Shown: one piece after another, positions 43,313 to 53,042 of the stretch
Numbering within the stretch: position 1 is the first letter of the stretch
How the letters are laid out: each line of letters opens with the position of its first letter
Assembly: GCA_035350895.1 (NCBI GenBank)
Contig: DAOPVC010000001.1
Location: 2,304-66,303 of the forward strand
Direction: 5' to 3'
Length of the DNA: 64,000 nt
DNA from: Smithella sp.
GTDB lineage: Bacteria > Desulfobacterota > Syntrophia > Syntrophales > Smithellaceae
The notes under the pieces: model-generated
The model's database searches: none
What the model saw: the letters and a program-made list of their open reading frames with translations, nothing else
Told to the model about the DNA's origin: nothing
Translations under genes and position numbers: made by a program

Positions 43313-44503
43313 ATGGACACTCATCGCACAAAAATCATCGTTAGGAACACGTCCATGATTGTGTTGCTGGTTGCCTCCCTGTGGGGTTGTGCGCTGACCC
43401 GGGGCGTTAAAAATATAACCGGCATGGATGAAAGCATCCCGATCAGAGGAAATCTCTGCCGGTTATCCGCTTTGGAAGAAGCTCTTGCTGATTATCAGCA
43501 GATAGCCCTCAGGGGAGGCTGGCCGCAAATTCCATCCGGTCCCACACTCGGCGAAGGTGACGAAGACAAGCGGATTCCTTTGATCAGACAACGCTTGACG
43601 GCAAGCGGCGAGTTGAATTCAGCGAAAAGCACCTCTTATCTTTTTGACAGGAAGCTCAGGAAGGCTGTTCAGCGATTCCAGCGTCATCATGGTCTGACGG
43701 CAGATGGTCGTGTCGGTGGAAAAACGCTTCATGAACTGAATGTGTCTATCGGCGAACGCATCCGACAACTCGATGAAAGTCTTCAGGGCTGCCGGTCGCT
43801 GAAACCTCTTGAGGAGAGCCGTCATATTGTGGTGAATATTCCCGATTTCACCCTCACCCTTTTTGACGGTCATCATCTCCTGTTTTCCATGCCGGTGATT
43901 GTCGGGACGCCGGCCCGGCAAACCCCCGTTTTTCACAGCCGCATTCACGCTCTGGTCATCAATCCGAACTGGACGGTTCCGCAGATCATTGCTACGGAAG
44001 ACCTCATCCCCAGGGTTAAAAAAGATCCGAACCATCTGAAGGATTCGAAATTCCGGATATTGAAGGATTTAAAAACTAATGAAGAAATTGATCCCGATAC
44101 AATTGACTGGGAGAACCTGTCTCCGGAAAAGCTTACCTATCGTTTCCGCCAGGATTCCGGCCCGGCCAATGCTCTCGGCCGCGTTAAATTCCTGCTTCCT
44201 AATCCCTACGATATTTACCTGCATGGCACACCGGGGCAGTCGTTGTTTCTCAAGGATATTCGCGCATTCAGCTCCGGTTGCATAAGACTGGCAAGGCCTC
44301 TGGAACTTGCCGCTTACCTCCTGAAGGGCACTCCCATGGATTCCGAGAGGACCTTGCAGGCAGCGATTTCCAGTGAAAAGACGCAGAAACTGACGGTTCC
44401 CCACCCCCTGGACATTTACATCATTTACATGATGGCCTGGGTGGATGAAGACGGCGCGGTTCAATTCCGCCCCGATATTTACAAACGTCACACGGCCATG
44501 TAA
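43313..44503 (+). CDS. L,D-transpeptidase (YkuD domain) with PG_binding_1 domain, probable lipoprotein
   Basis: LWGC lipobox. AVQRFQRHHGLTADGRVGGKT is a peptidoglycan-binding repeat. The catalytic sequence is HGTPGQ...FSSGCIRL. The start is uncertain (TTG 43277, ATG 43313 or ATG 43355). Confidence 0.85.
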   Translation: MDTHRTKIIVRNTSMIVLLVASLWGCALTRGVKNITGMDESIPIRGNLCRLSALEEALADYQQIALRGGWPQIPSGPTLGEGDEDKRIPLIRQRLTASGELNSAKSTSYLFDRKLRKAVQRFQRHHGLTADGRVGGKTLHELNVSIGERIRQLDESLQGCRSLKPLEESRHIVVNIPDFTLTLFDGHHLLFSMPVIVGTPARQTPVFHSRIHALVINPNWTVPQIIATEDLIPRVKKDPNHLKDSKFRILKDLKTNEEIDPDTIDWENLSPEKLTYRFRQDSGPANALGRVKFLLPNPYDIYLHGTPGQSLFLKDIRAFSSGCIRLARPLELAAYLLKGTPMDSERTLQAAISSEKTQKLTVPHPLDIYIIYMMAWVDEDGAVQFRPDIYKRHTAM

Positions 44504-44702
44504 GTCCACTTTCTCAACGTTGTTTTAAAAAATTTTTAATCTCAGGAACAGATCATGTCTGCATTATTTGTCCGGAAGAAAATTTTTAAAAACGTGATCA
44601 TTTTTCCTGGAAAAGGATGCGGGGTTCTTTAGACATTCGGCCTTGACATTTCTGAGATTTTATAAGGACATTATTGATTATCATGATCACAAGGAGGCGC
44701 GA

Positions 44703-46631
44703 ATGCGGTTTGAGCATCTTTTTTCACCATTGACCCTCAACGGAATGACTCTGAAAAACAGGGCGGTGATGCCGCCCATGGCGACCGGTTACGGCAATGT
44801 CGACAGCACGGTCAGCGAACGCTTGCTGGCTTACCTGGAGCGTAGAGCACAGGGCGGAACGGGTTTGATTATTACCGAGGTCTGCGCGGTGGATCCGCGC
44901 GGTAAAGGATTCCCCAATGAAATCGGCGTCTGGAAGGATGATTTTATTCCGGCGCTGTCGCGTATTCCGGCCGCGTTGCATCGTCATGGCGCCAAAGCCG
45001 CGCTGCAACTGCACCATGCCGGCCGTGAAACGTTTGAAGCCGTGCTCGGCAAAAAACCTGAGGCTCCCTCGGCGATCCCCAGCGCAGTGCTAGGTCAGCC
45101 GTGTGAAGCAATGTCTCCGGAGCGCATTGCTGAAATGGTCCGCGCTTTTGCTCAGGCGGCCGGACGCGCCCGTCAGGCCGGATTCGATGCCGTGGAACTT
45201 CACGGCGCGCACGGCTATCTGCTGAATCAGTTTCTTTCTCCTTTTTCCAACAAACGGGAAGATGAATACGGCGGAAGCGAGGAGAACCGCATGCGCTTCA
45301 TTCTGGAAGTCATTGCAGCGGTGCGCAGTGTTGTCGGACATGATTTTCCCGTCTGGATCCGCGTATCGGCGGATGAGATGGTTCGCGGCGGCTACGATCT
45401 TTCTTTGATGCGCAGATTTGCACCCCGGATGGTTGCCGCGGGCGTTGATGCCATCCATTGTTCCGTGGGTGTTTATTCCACGCCGGGCGGTCTGTCCATC
45501 GCATCCATGGATACCGATCCCGGATTCAATCTGTTCCGGGCCCGTGCGCTTAAAGAGGTGGTGAGCGCCCCGATAATTGGCGTGGGTCGAATCAGTGATC
45601 CGGAAATCGCCGATCAGGCCATCGCCCGGGGAGACGCCGACCTGATCAGTTTCGGACGTCAGCATTTGACGGATCCGGATTTCATTGAAAAAATCCGTAC
45701 CGGCGTTCTGGAAGATATCCGTCGCTGCACCGCCTGTAATCAGGGGTGCATCGAACGCCTGAGCTTTGAGATGAAATCCACGACATGCAGTTTCAATCCC
45801 GAATGCGGACGCGAATACAAAGGCCCCGTTTCGCCGGCCGATAAGCCAAAAAACGTATGGGTGATCGGCGCGGGTCCGGCGGGACTTTCCGCCGCCATGG
45901 CGCTGATTGCCCGAGGGCATAACGTGGAGATATTCGAAAAAGAGGACGCGCCCGGAGGGCAATTGTTGTCGGCCAGTCGTCCGCCGCACAAAGCTGTTTT
46001 TCTCGACTGGGTGAAGTGGTCTTTGCGCCGTCTGGAAAAATCTTCCGTTCGTGTTCATTGTCACCATGTTGTCAGAGCCGATGAGATTCGACAACAGAAA
46101 CCGGACGCCGTGATCATTGCCTGCGGCGCCTATCCTGTTACCGCTTCCATTCCCGGCATGAATTCCAGGATCGTTGCTGATGCGCGTGATGTTCTCACCG
46201 GAAAAGTCAAACTTGTCAGTCCGGCTGTTGTTTTGGGAGCAGGATATGTCGGGATGGAAACCGCAGATTACCTGCTGGCTCACGGCATCGCCGTGACGGT
46301 GCTGGAAATGCAGACCATTCCGCCGGTGAACAGATTTTCCGCACACGGATACTGGCTGCATAAACGCATCAAAGACGGCGGAGGAAGATTGTTGTGCGGC
46401 GCCCGGGTTCTGGGGATTGAAGACCACATCGTGCGGTATATGCAAGCAGATCAACAAAGCGAGGAAAAGGCCTCCCTGATTGTGACCGCCATGGGTGCGA
46501 AATCGGAAAATACGCTGGAAGATACGCTCAAAGAATTGGCCGTTCCTTACCGGATCGTAGGGGACGCCCGCGGTCCGCGACGCATTTTGGAAGCCATTCA
46601 TGAAGGCCATCAAGCAGGGACAGAATTATAG
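44703..46631 (+). CDS. Old-Yellow-Enzyme-family flavin oxidoreductase fused to an FAD/NAD(P)-binding domain (2,4-dienoyl-CoA reductase-like)
   Basis: The N-terminal OYE barrel has MPPMAT, HGAHGYLLNQFLSP and a 4Cys motif CTACNQGC...C. It is followed by GAGPAGL Rossmann motifs. AAGGAGG lies upstream of ATG 44703. Confidence 0.85.
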   Translation: MRFEHLFSPLTLNGMTLKNRAVMPPMATGYGNVDSTVSERLLAYLERRAQGGTGLIITEVCAVDPRGKGFPNEIGVWKDDFIPALSRIPAALHRHGAKAALQLHHAGRETFEAVLGKKPEAPSAIPSAVLGQPCEAMSPERIAEMVRAFAQAAGRARQAGFDAVELHGAHGYLLNQFLSPFSNKREDEYGGSEENRMRFILEVIAAVRSVVGHDFPVWIRVSADEMVRGGYDLSLMRRFAPRMVAAGVDAIHCSVGVYSTPGGLSIASMDTDPGFNLFRARALKEVVSAPIIGVGRISDPEIADQAIARGDADLISFGRQHLTDPDFIEKIRTGVLEDIRRCTACNQGCIERLSFEMKSTTCSFNPECGREYKGPVSPADKPKNVWVIGAGPAGLSAAMALIARGHNVEIFEKEDAPGGQLLSASRPPHKAVFLDWVKWSLRRLEKSSVRVHCHHVVRADEIRQQKPDAVIIACGAYPVTASIPGMNSRIVADARDVLTGKVKLVSPAVVLGAGYVGMETADYLLAHGIAVTVLEMQTIPPVNRFSAHGYWLHKRIKDGGGRLLCGARVLGIEDHIVRYMQADQQSEEKASLIVTAMGAKSENTLEDTLKELAVPYRIVGDARGPRRILEAIHEGHQAGTEL

Positions 46632-46777
46632 CCGGTGTCAAAAATTAAGATGGGGCACGCCGTTCCGTGAAGCATCAAACAAATCCGGAACGGATTAAAT
46701 GCTTGCCATATTTTTATTTTTCTTTTAAAATAATTTTCAAGCACGGACAAATAAATCGAATTTATCAGGAGGTGTTG

Positions 46778-47224
46778 ATGATGCAGAGAGTGAGCGACAT
46801 TTTAAAAAGCAAACCGAAGCAACTGTGGACGATTATTCCGGACGCTACAGTATTTGACGCCCTTAAGATCATGGCCGATAAGGAAATCGGGGCATTGATG
46901 GTTGTTGATAAGAAAGGTAAAGTTGCCGGCATAATTACTGAACGCGATTACGCCAGAAAAATTGTCCTGAAAGGTAAAACTTCTCCTAAAACACTGGTCA
47001 AAGAAATCATGACACCTTTTAACAAAATGTATACAGTGAAACCGGATACTTCCGTTGAAGATTGCATGGTATTAATGACAGGCAAGCATATCAGACATGT
47101 TCCGGTTTTCGATGGTTCCAAGTTCATGGGTATTATTTCCATTGGCGATGCTGTTAAATCGACAATTTCCGAAAAAGATGTGCTTATTAATCAGTTAAGT
47201 AACTATATTGCCGGAAAATATTGA
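46778..47224 (+). CDS. CBS-domain pair protein
   Basis: Two CBS repeats (GALMVVDKKGKVAGIITERD and HVPVFDGSKFMGIISIGD). AGGAGG lies 5 nt upstream of ATG 46778. The track ORF starts upstream with an implausible extension. Confidence 0.85.
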   Translation: MMQRVSDILKSKPKQLWTIIPDATVFDALKIMADKEIGALMVVDKKGKVAGIITERDYARKIVLKGKTSPKTLVKEIMTPFNKMYTVKPDTSVEDCMVLMTGKHIRHVPVFDGSKFMGIISIGDAVKSTISEKDVLINQLSNYIAGKY

Positions 47225-47267
47225 TTTGTTAATTACTTCAATAGCTTGAGTTGTTTAATGGTTTTTC

Positions 47268-47300
47268 AAGGCAGGGGGTGGTGAAAACCCTGCCTTTTTA
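47268..47300 (+). terminator. Rho-independent terminator after the CBS gene
   Basis: AAGGCAGGG (47268..47276) pairs with CCCTGCCTT (47288..47296), followed by a T-rich run. Confidence 0.8.
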
Positions 47301-47383
47301 TTCATTCGGAGTTATTTTTCACTCTAAAAACAAGACAATTGGAGAGTTTATTAAAAAGCTAAACAAATCAAATCACTACATAT

Positions 47384-47423
47384 TGTGGTTCGGTCTCAGC
47401 AAAACCACATTTTGTTGTATTTT
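47384..47423 (+). other. Second terminator-like hairpin upstream of smc
   Basis: TGTGGTT (47384..47390) pairs with AACCACA (47403..47409). The loop is 12 nt and TTTTGTTGTATTTT follows. Confidence 0.4.
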
Positions 47424-47493
47424 CCCTTTACAAAGGCATATTCTTTTGCTAAAATTCCACAAATTTTGAACAATTTAATAAAGAAGTTTTTTT

Positions 47494-50400
47494 ATGAATC
47501 TGAAAAGTTTGGAAATATCGGGTTTTAAGTCATTTCGCGACAAGGTTATCCTTGATTTCTCTCATGGAGTTACCGGAATCGTCGGCCCGAATGGTTGCGG
47601 TAAATCTAATATTGTTGATGCCATCCGCTGGGTGATGGGAGAGCAAAGGGTCAAGGCTCTGCGCGGGAAAAAAATGGATGATGTTGTTTTCAACGGCAGC
47701 CAGGATTCCGCGCCGGTAAGCATGGCGGAAGTGACGATGACGTTGTTTGCCAACGGTCAGAGTTTTCCCGGAGCGTATTCCGAATTGAACGAAATATCCA
47801 TTTCCCGCCGGGTTGTTCTGGACGGCGAGAGTGAATACTATATTAATAAAGCTCCCTGCCGTCTTCTCGATGTCAAGGAATTCTTCATGGGTACCGGTGT
47901 CGGCGCCCGAACCTATTCTCTGGTTGAACAGGGACATGTCACAAATCTTGTCGAAGCCAAGCCCGAAGACAGAAGATTGTATATTGAAGACGCCGCCGGT
48001 GTGTCAAAGTATAAGAGTCGCAAGGAAGCCGCTGTCCGTAAAATGGAATTGACAAAGCAGAACATGGTGCGGCTCAACGATATCATCAAGGAAGTCAAAG
48101 CACAGCTGAATACCATTTCCCGGCAGGCAAAACGAGCGGAACAATATAAAAACATTAAGCAGGAAAGCAGGGAGGCGGAAACAACCGTGGCCCTGCAAGC
48201 CTATGTGGATTTTGCCGAGAAGGAATCAGCGCTGCAGAATCAACGCACGGAATTGCAAAATCAGGAAGCTCTTATCCACGCTAATCTGGAAGCAAAAGAA
48301 TCAACGCTGGATGAAATGAAAATGAAGCTTCTGGAAAATGAAGAACTGACGGCAAAGGTTCAGCAGGAACTCTACGAGATAAAAAACACCATCAGCATCA
48401 AAGAAAAAAGCATCGAATTTGCTCAGCGCCAAATCACCGACGTTTCCGAACGCAAACAGAAAGATCTGGCGGAAATTCAGACTCTGCAGATCCGAAAAGC
48501 CGATTTGAGCGCAGAAATTGAAAATCTGCGGAAAACGTCGACTGGGGCGGAAGAGAAAGTTTCTGCTCTGAAAATCGAGCGTGAAAAGATTCAGCAGAAA
48601 GTTCAGGAACTTGGCAATAGCGATAAGGAATTGAGCAACCGTCTGGAAGAAAAAAAGATTTCGTTTATCGACATTGTGACGGAAAAAGCCAAGCTGCACA
48701 ACATGATTTCCAGTTTGACCAGAAACATCGAAGACCTGAAAAAACGGGAAGAACGCGAAATACACGAGCTTGAGGAAGACCAGAAAAAACTTGCCGATGT
48801 GTCCGGAAAACTGGAAACGATCGTTGAAGCGTTGAAGACGGATGAAACGGAAATGACCACACTGGAAATCAAAATGACGGAGGCTTTATCCGAACTGGAG
48901 AGAGCCAAATCGGACTTGCAGCTGAATGAAGAAGATGTTGCGAAAATTAAGGAAGACACCCATGTCAAGTCTTCCCGGCTTGTTTCGCTCAAAGAGTTTC
49001 AGGAGGCGTCCAAGTGGAGCAATGAGGGAATCAAAACGATCATTGAAAATAAAGATCATCATGATAAATTTTATGGAGTCATTGCTGATCATATCAGTGT
49101 ACCTCGCGAGTATGAAGCCGCCGTGGAGGCCGTGCTGGGAGAAAAACTTCAATACGTGGTGGTGAAAAGCCAGGAAGATGGACTGCGCGCGATTGATTAT
49201 CTAAAAAGCTATCAGTTGGGGCGAGGAAGTTTTGTTTCCGCCGATTTGAGAAATCATGGCGTGAAAACATACAGTGAGGAGCATCTTACCGAAGCACAGC
49301 CCCTTCTGGATAAAGTTAATGTCCGTGATGATTTTCAACCCATCGTGGATTGCTTGCTGGGAGATGTATTGCTGACGCCGACGATTGAAACCGGAATTTC
49401 CCTCTGGAAGAAAAACGGTTTCCAGGGGACGTTTGTCACGCCGGAAGGAGACATTATCAGTCCGCACGGCGTGTTGACCGGCGGTAGTTCTTCGGCGGTG
49501 GAAAAGAGCCTGCTGGCGACAAAAAGAGAGATCGGCGAATTGGAAGACGACGTGTCGAAACTGACCGTTGAACTGGAGATCAAAACAAATCAAAAAATGA
49601 ATCTCCTTGCCGCAATTTCCCGCTGGGAAGAGGAAGCTTCACAGATAAAAACAGCAATTCATGCTCTGGAAATTGCCGTCAATGGAAGAAAAAAAGATCA
49701 TGAACGTTTTGGAGATGAGATCAACCGCTTAAAGCAGCGCGTTGCGGTTCTGGAATTCAACCGACAGAATCTGAATGCGGAAAAATCAGAAGCAGAGGAA
49801 AGGCTTCGCGCATTCAGCACCGACGTGTTGCGGAAGGATGATGAAGAAAAACAGGCTAATGAAATCATTGCCGGTTTAAACGTTCAAAAAGAACAGTCCC
49901 GGGCTCAGATTGACGAACAGGAAAGATATTTAACGGCAAGAAAGATTGAGATCGCTTCTCTGGAAGAGAAAAAGGAAGCTGATTTACGGACGATAGCAAG
50001 GTTGCAGGATCATATCATCGCCATGGAGAATGAAAATAAATCCAAAGAAGAAGAAATCATTCTCTGCGAGAAACAGGTTGCGGAATTAACACAAACCATT
50101 GAAAATGAGCAGGCTCTGCTGAAAAATTTGTACGGCAGTTTTGCGACACAGGAAACGCTTCTGGCGGAAAAGAAAGCCGAACAGAATCGTGAAGATGCGC
50201 AGCTGAAAATAAAAGAAGGCGAAATCAGGGAAATCAAAAAGAGCATTGATGATTTGCGTCAGCAAATCAATGAAATAGAAATTCAGTGCCGGGAAACGGC
50301 TCTGAACAGGGAAAACCTGCGCAGGGGCGTGGCTGAAAAATATGAAATTGATCTGGCGGGTGCAGCTCCGGAGTTTGAAAAAGTCTCGGAAGAAAAACTT

Positions 50401-51042
50401 GCCGAACTGACGGCTTTGCTGGAAAAAAACAAACAGGTGATCGACAATTTTGGCGAGGTAAATCTGCTTGCCCTGAATGAATATGAAGAACTGGACAAAC
50501 GCTATAACTTCCTGTCAACGCAGATAGCGGATTTGAATTCCTCCCTCAATGTTTTGCAGCGAACCATCGCGCGGATTAATAAAATTTCCCGTGCCAGATT
50601 TGCCGAAACCTTCGAAGCCGTCAATGCCTGCTTCAAAGAGGTGTTCGCGCAGATTTTCTCCGGCGGACGGGGCGAGCTGATTCTGACGGATGAAAACGAC
50701 CTGCTGGAGACAGGCGTGGATATCGATATTCAGGTGCCCGGCAAAAGAAAACAAAACGTGAATCTGCTTTCCGGCGGTGAAAAATCACTGGTGGCCGTTG
50801 CTCTGATTTTCGCTATTTTAAAATATCGTCCGTCGCCGTTTCTGGTGCTGGACGAAGTTGATGCCGCCCTGGATGATGCCAACACCAATCTGTTTAACCG
50901 GTTGATTAAAGATGTGGCCGGGAACTCTCAGGTTGTGATGATTACACACAATAAGAGCACGATGGAAGTAGCCGATACGCTCTTTGGCGTGACCATGCAA
51001 AAACAGGGGATATCTACTCTGGTCTCCGTCAATCTCAACTAG
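47494..51042 (+). CDS. smc: Chromosome segregation protein SMC
   Basis: 1182 aa. Walker A GPNGCGKSN, long coiled coils, a hinge, then the C-terminal LSGGEKSL signature and Walker B FLVLDEVDAALD. Confidence 0.96.
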   Translation: MNLKSLEISGFKSFRDKVILDFSHGVTGIVGPNGCGKSNIVDAIRWVMGEQRVKALRGKKMDDVVFNGSQDSAPVSMAEVTMTLFANGQSFPGAYSELNEISISRRVVLDGESEYYINKAPCRLLDVKEFFMGTGVGARTYSLVEQGHVTNLVEAKPEDRRLYIEDAAGVSKYKSRKEAAVRKMELTKQNMVRLNDIIKEVKAQLNTISRQAKRAEQYKNIKQESREAETTVALQAYVDFAEKESALQNQRTELQNQEALIHANLEAKESTLDEMKMKLLENEELTAKVQQELYEIKNTISIKEKSIEFAQRQITDVSERKQKDLAEIQTLQIRKADLSAEIENLRKTSTGAEEKVSALKIEREKIQQKVQELGNSDKELSNRLEEKKISFIDIVTEKAKLHNMISSLTRNIEDLKKREEREIHELEEDQKKLADVSGKLETIVEALKTDETEMTTLEIKMTEALSELERAKSDLQLNEEDVAKIKEDTHVKSSRLVSLKEFQEASKWSNEGIKTIIENKDHHDKFYGVIADHISVPREYEAAVEAVLGEKLQYVVVKSQEDGLRAIDYLKSYQLGRGSFVSADLRNHGVKTYSEEHLTEAQPLLDKVNVRDDFQPIVDCLLGDVLLTPTIETGISLWKKNGFQGTFVTPEGDIISPHGVLTGGSSSAVEKSLLATKREIGELEDDVSKLTVELEIKTNQKMNLLAAISRWEEEASQIKTAIHALEIAVNGRKKDHERFGDEINRLKQRVAVLEFNRQNLNAEKSEAEERLRAFSTDVLRKDDEEKQANEIIAGLNVQKEQSRAQIDEQERYLTARKIEIASLEEKKEADLRTIARLQDHIIAMENENKSKEEEIILCEKQVAELTQTIENEQALLKNLYGSFATQETLLAEKKAEQNREDAQLKIKEGEIREIKKSIDDLRQQINEIEIQCRETALNRENLRRGVAEKYEIDLAGAAPEFEKVSEEKLAELTALLEKNKQVIDNFGEVNLLALNEYEELDKRYNFLSTQIADLNSSLNVLQRTIARINKISRARFAETFEAVNACFKEVFAQIFSGGRGELILTDENDLLETGVDIDIQVPGKRKQNVNLLSGGEKSLVAVALIFAILKYRPSPFLVLDEVDAALDDANTNLFNRLIKDVAGNSQVVMITHNKSTMEVADTLFGVTMQKQGISTLVSVNLN

Positions 51043-51119
51043 CCAATCTTCAAATCCATTTCTTTACTTCTTTATAAAAAATAGTTATGAACTAATCATC
51101 GCAGAAGAAAGGTGTATGT

Positions 51120-52040
51120 ATGGCCATCACGAGTTTTTTTGAAAAATTGAAGACGGGACTGACAAAGACCAGGGCAGCTCTGACTAAAAATCTGGATAAT
51201 CTTGTGTTCGGCAAGAGGGTTCTGGACAAGGAACTTTTTGAGGAACTGGAAGAAATTCTGATTTCGGCTGATATGGGGCCGCAGTTTACCTATGATCTGA
51301 TTGACGACGTCAAGCAGCGTGTCAGCCGGAACGAGTTGAACAATGCGCAGGAAATCAAAAAGGTCTTGCAGGAGCGCATGACGTCCATCCTGAAAAAGAT
51401 GGAAAAACCGCTTGTGATTCCACGCAATAAGCCTTTTGTGATCATGACCATCGGGGTTAACGGCAGCGGTAAAACAACAACGATCGGTAAACTGGCTAAC
51501 ATGATCAGGAGTGAGGGACACGACATCATGCTGGTTGCTGCGGACACGTTCCGGGCGGCGGCGGTTGAACAGCTTGAAGTCTGGGGTGCGCGTGTGGGCG
51601 CTCCCGTCATCAAGCACAAAACCCATGCTGATCCGGCGGCGGTGGTTTTTGACGCCATATCCAAAATCAAATCCGGTTTTTCCGGCGTTATGATCGTGGA
51701 TACGGCGGGAAGGCTGCACACCCGGATCAATTTGATGGAAGAACTGAAAAAAGTTAAAAGAATAATCAACAAAGAACTCCCGGAGTTGTCACCGGAAATC
51801 CTGCTGATTCTCGATGCAACCACCGGCCAGAATGCCGTTGCTCAGGCCAAGACCTTTAAAGAAGAAATCGGAGCAACCGGCATTGTTTTGACGAAGCTGG
51901 ATGGTACCTCCAAAGGCGGCGTCGTGGTGAGAATTGCCAGCGAACTGGATCTTCCCGTGCGGTATATAGGCGTCGGCGAGGGGCTGGATGACTTGCGCGT
52001 TTTTGAAAGCGCTCATTTTACAAAAGCCCTTCTGGATTAA
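51120..52040 (+). CDS. ftsY: Signal recognition particle receptor FtsY
   Basis: NG domain with GVNGSGKTTTIGKLA, DTAGRLH and TKLDGTSKGG motifs. 306 aa. Confidence 0.95.
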   Translation: MAITSFFEKLKTGLTKTRAALTKNLDNLVFGKRVLDKELFEELEEILISADMGPQFTYDLIDDVKQRVSRNELNNAQEIKKVLQERMTSILKKMEKPLVIPRNKPFVIMTIGVNGSGKTTTIGKLANMIRSEGHDIMLVAADTFRAAAVEQLEVWGARVGAPVIKHKTHADPAAVVFDAISKIKSGFSGVMIVDTAGRLHTRINLMEELKKVKRIINKELPELSPEILLILDATTGQNAVAQAKTFKEEIGATGIVLTKLDGTSKGGVVVRIASELDLPVRYIGVGEGLDDLRVFESAHFTKALLD

Positions 52041-52064
52041 GTAACAAAACAGAAATCGGACAGA

Positions 52065-52715
52065 GTGGCGATGAAAAAAATCTTTGCCGTCGGCGATATT
52101 CACGGTTGTCTGACCAAGCTCAGGGATTTGATGTCCAGGATTGACATGGATGATGAGAACGATACGCTGGTGTTTATCGGCGATTACATCGATCGCGGTC
52201 AATCCAGCCGGGAAGTCGTTGATTATGTCCTGGAACTGAGAGACACGCATAAAAATGTGGTTTGTCTGCTCGGCAATCACGAACAGATGTTCGTGAATTA
52301 TCTCGCCGGAAGAGATGAAGATATGTATCTGAGGAACGGCGGCATGCAAACCCTTCGTTCCTATGAAATTATTCTTACGGACGGCCCGGAGGAACGAGAA
52401 GATAAAATTCCCGCACAGCATCGAAGGTTTTTTGAATCGCTTCTGCCTTATTATGAAACCGAAAAGTATGTTTTTGTTCATGCCGGTCTCAGATCGGGTC
52501 TGCCGCTCAAAGAACAAACCTCCGATGATCTTCTATGGATACGCTACGAGTTTATCAATGCGGAAGATGATTTTGGCAAGACCGTTGTATTCGGCCATAC
52601 TCCTTTTATCAGTCCGTTGATTAAAAAAAACAAGATAGGCATAGATACCGGTGCGGTATACGGCGGCAAACTTACTTGTGTGGAACTGCCGGGCGTCAAA
52701 ATTTTCCAGACGTAA
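52065..52715 (+). CDS. Metallophosphoesterase (PPP-family Ser/Thr phosphatase / ApaH-like)
   Basis: GDIHGC, GDYIDRG, GNHE and GHT motifs. 216 aa. GTG start. Confidence 0.85.
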   Translation: MAMKKIFAVGDIHGCLTKLRDLMSRIDMDDENDTLVFIGDYIDRGQSSREVVDYVLELRDTHKNVVCLLGNHEQMFVNYLAGRDEDMYLRNGGMQTLRSYEIILTDGPEEREDKIPAQHRRFFESLLPYYETEKYVFVHAGLRSGLPLKEQTSDDLLWIRYEFINAEDDFGKTVVFGHTPFISPLIKKNKIGIDTGAVYGGKLTCVELPGVKIFQT

Positions 52716-52744
52716 ATATCACGGGTCGGAATGCAAAAACAAGA

Positions 52745-52771
52745 TTTACAGAGGATGAACTTTGTTATAAT
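52745..52771 (+). promoter_or_regulatory. Promoter-like element with an extended -10
   Basis: TTTACA (52745..52750), a 15-nt spacer including TG, then TGTTATAAT (52763..52771). This would give a leader of about 265 nt before ATG 53043. Confidence 0.4.
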
Positions 52772-52830
52772 CCCTCGTCGCCTATAGTGACCCCATGGTG
52801 CCCTTCAGGGTATTTAGGTTATTCACTCTT

Positions 52831-52889
52831 GGGATAATTCGTCCAGCAAATTTCAGCGCGCTGCGCTTCTGAAACTTGGGGCTCACTAC
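52831..52889 (+). repeat. Hairpin-bearing repeat unit A
   Basis: GGGATAATTCG...AAATTTCAG-N12-CTGAAACTT...GGGGCTCACTAC. It is 42/59 identical to unit B and 53/59 identical to the reverse complement of unit C. Confidence 0.8.
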
Positions 52890-52911
52890 CCTCCGCTTTG
52901 CGGGATAATTT

Positions 52912-52935
52912 CCAATCCCGATTTACCGGGATTGG
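52912..52935 (+). other. Perfect 9-bp hairpin between repeat units A and B
   Basis: CCAATCCCG, loop atttac, then CGGGATTGG. The 3' arm overlaps the first bases of unit B. Confidence 0.6.
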
Positions 52936-52991
52936 ATAGTTCGATTTATAAATTTCATTACGTTGCACTTATGAAATTTGAGTCTCACTAC
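52933..52991 (+). repeat. Hairpin-bearing repeat unit B
   Basis: TGGATAGTTCG...AAATTTCAT-N12-ATGAAATTT...GAGTCTCACTAC. The 9-bp stem at 52950..52979 is perfect. Confidence 0.8.
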
Positions 52992-53042
52992 GACGAATGC
53001 TTTACTATAGTTCAGCAAGTCTCATGATATGGGAGTTCAACA

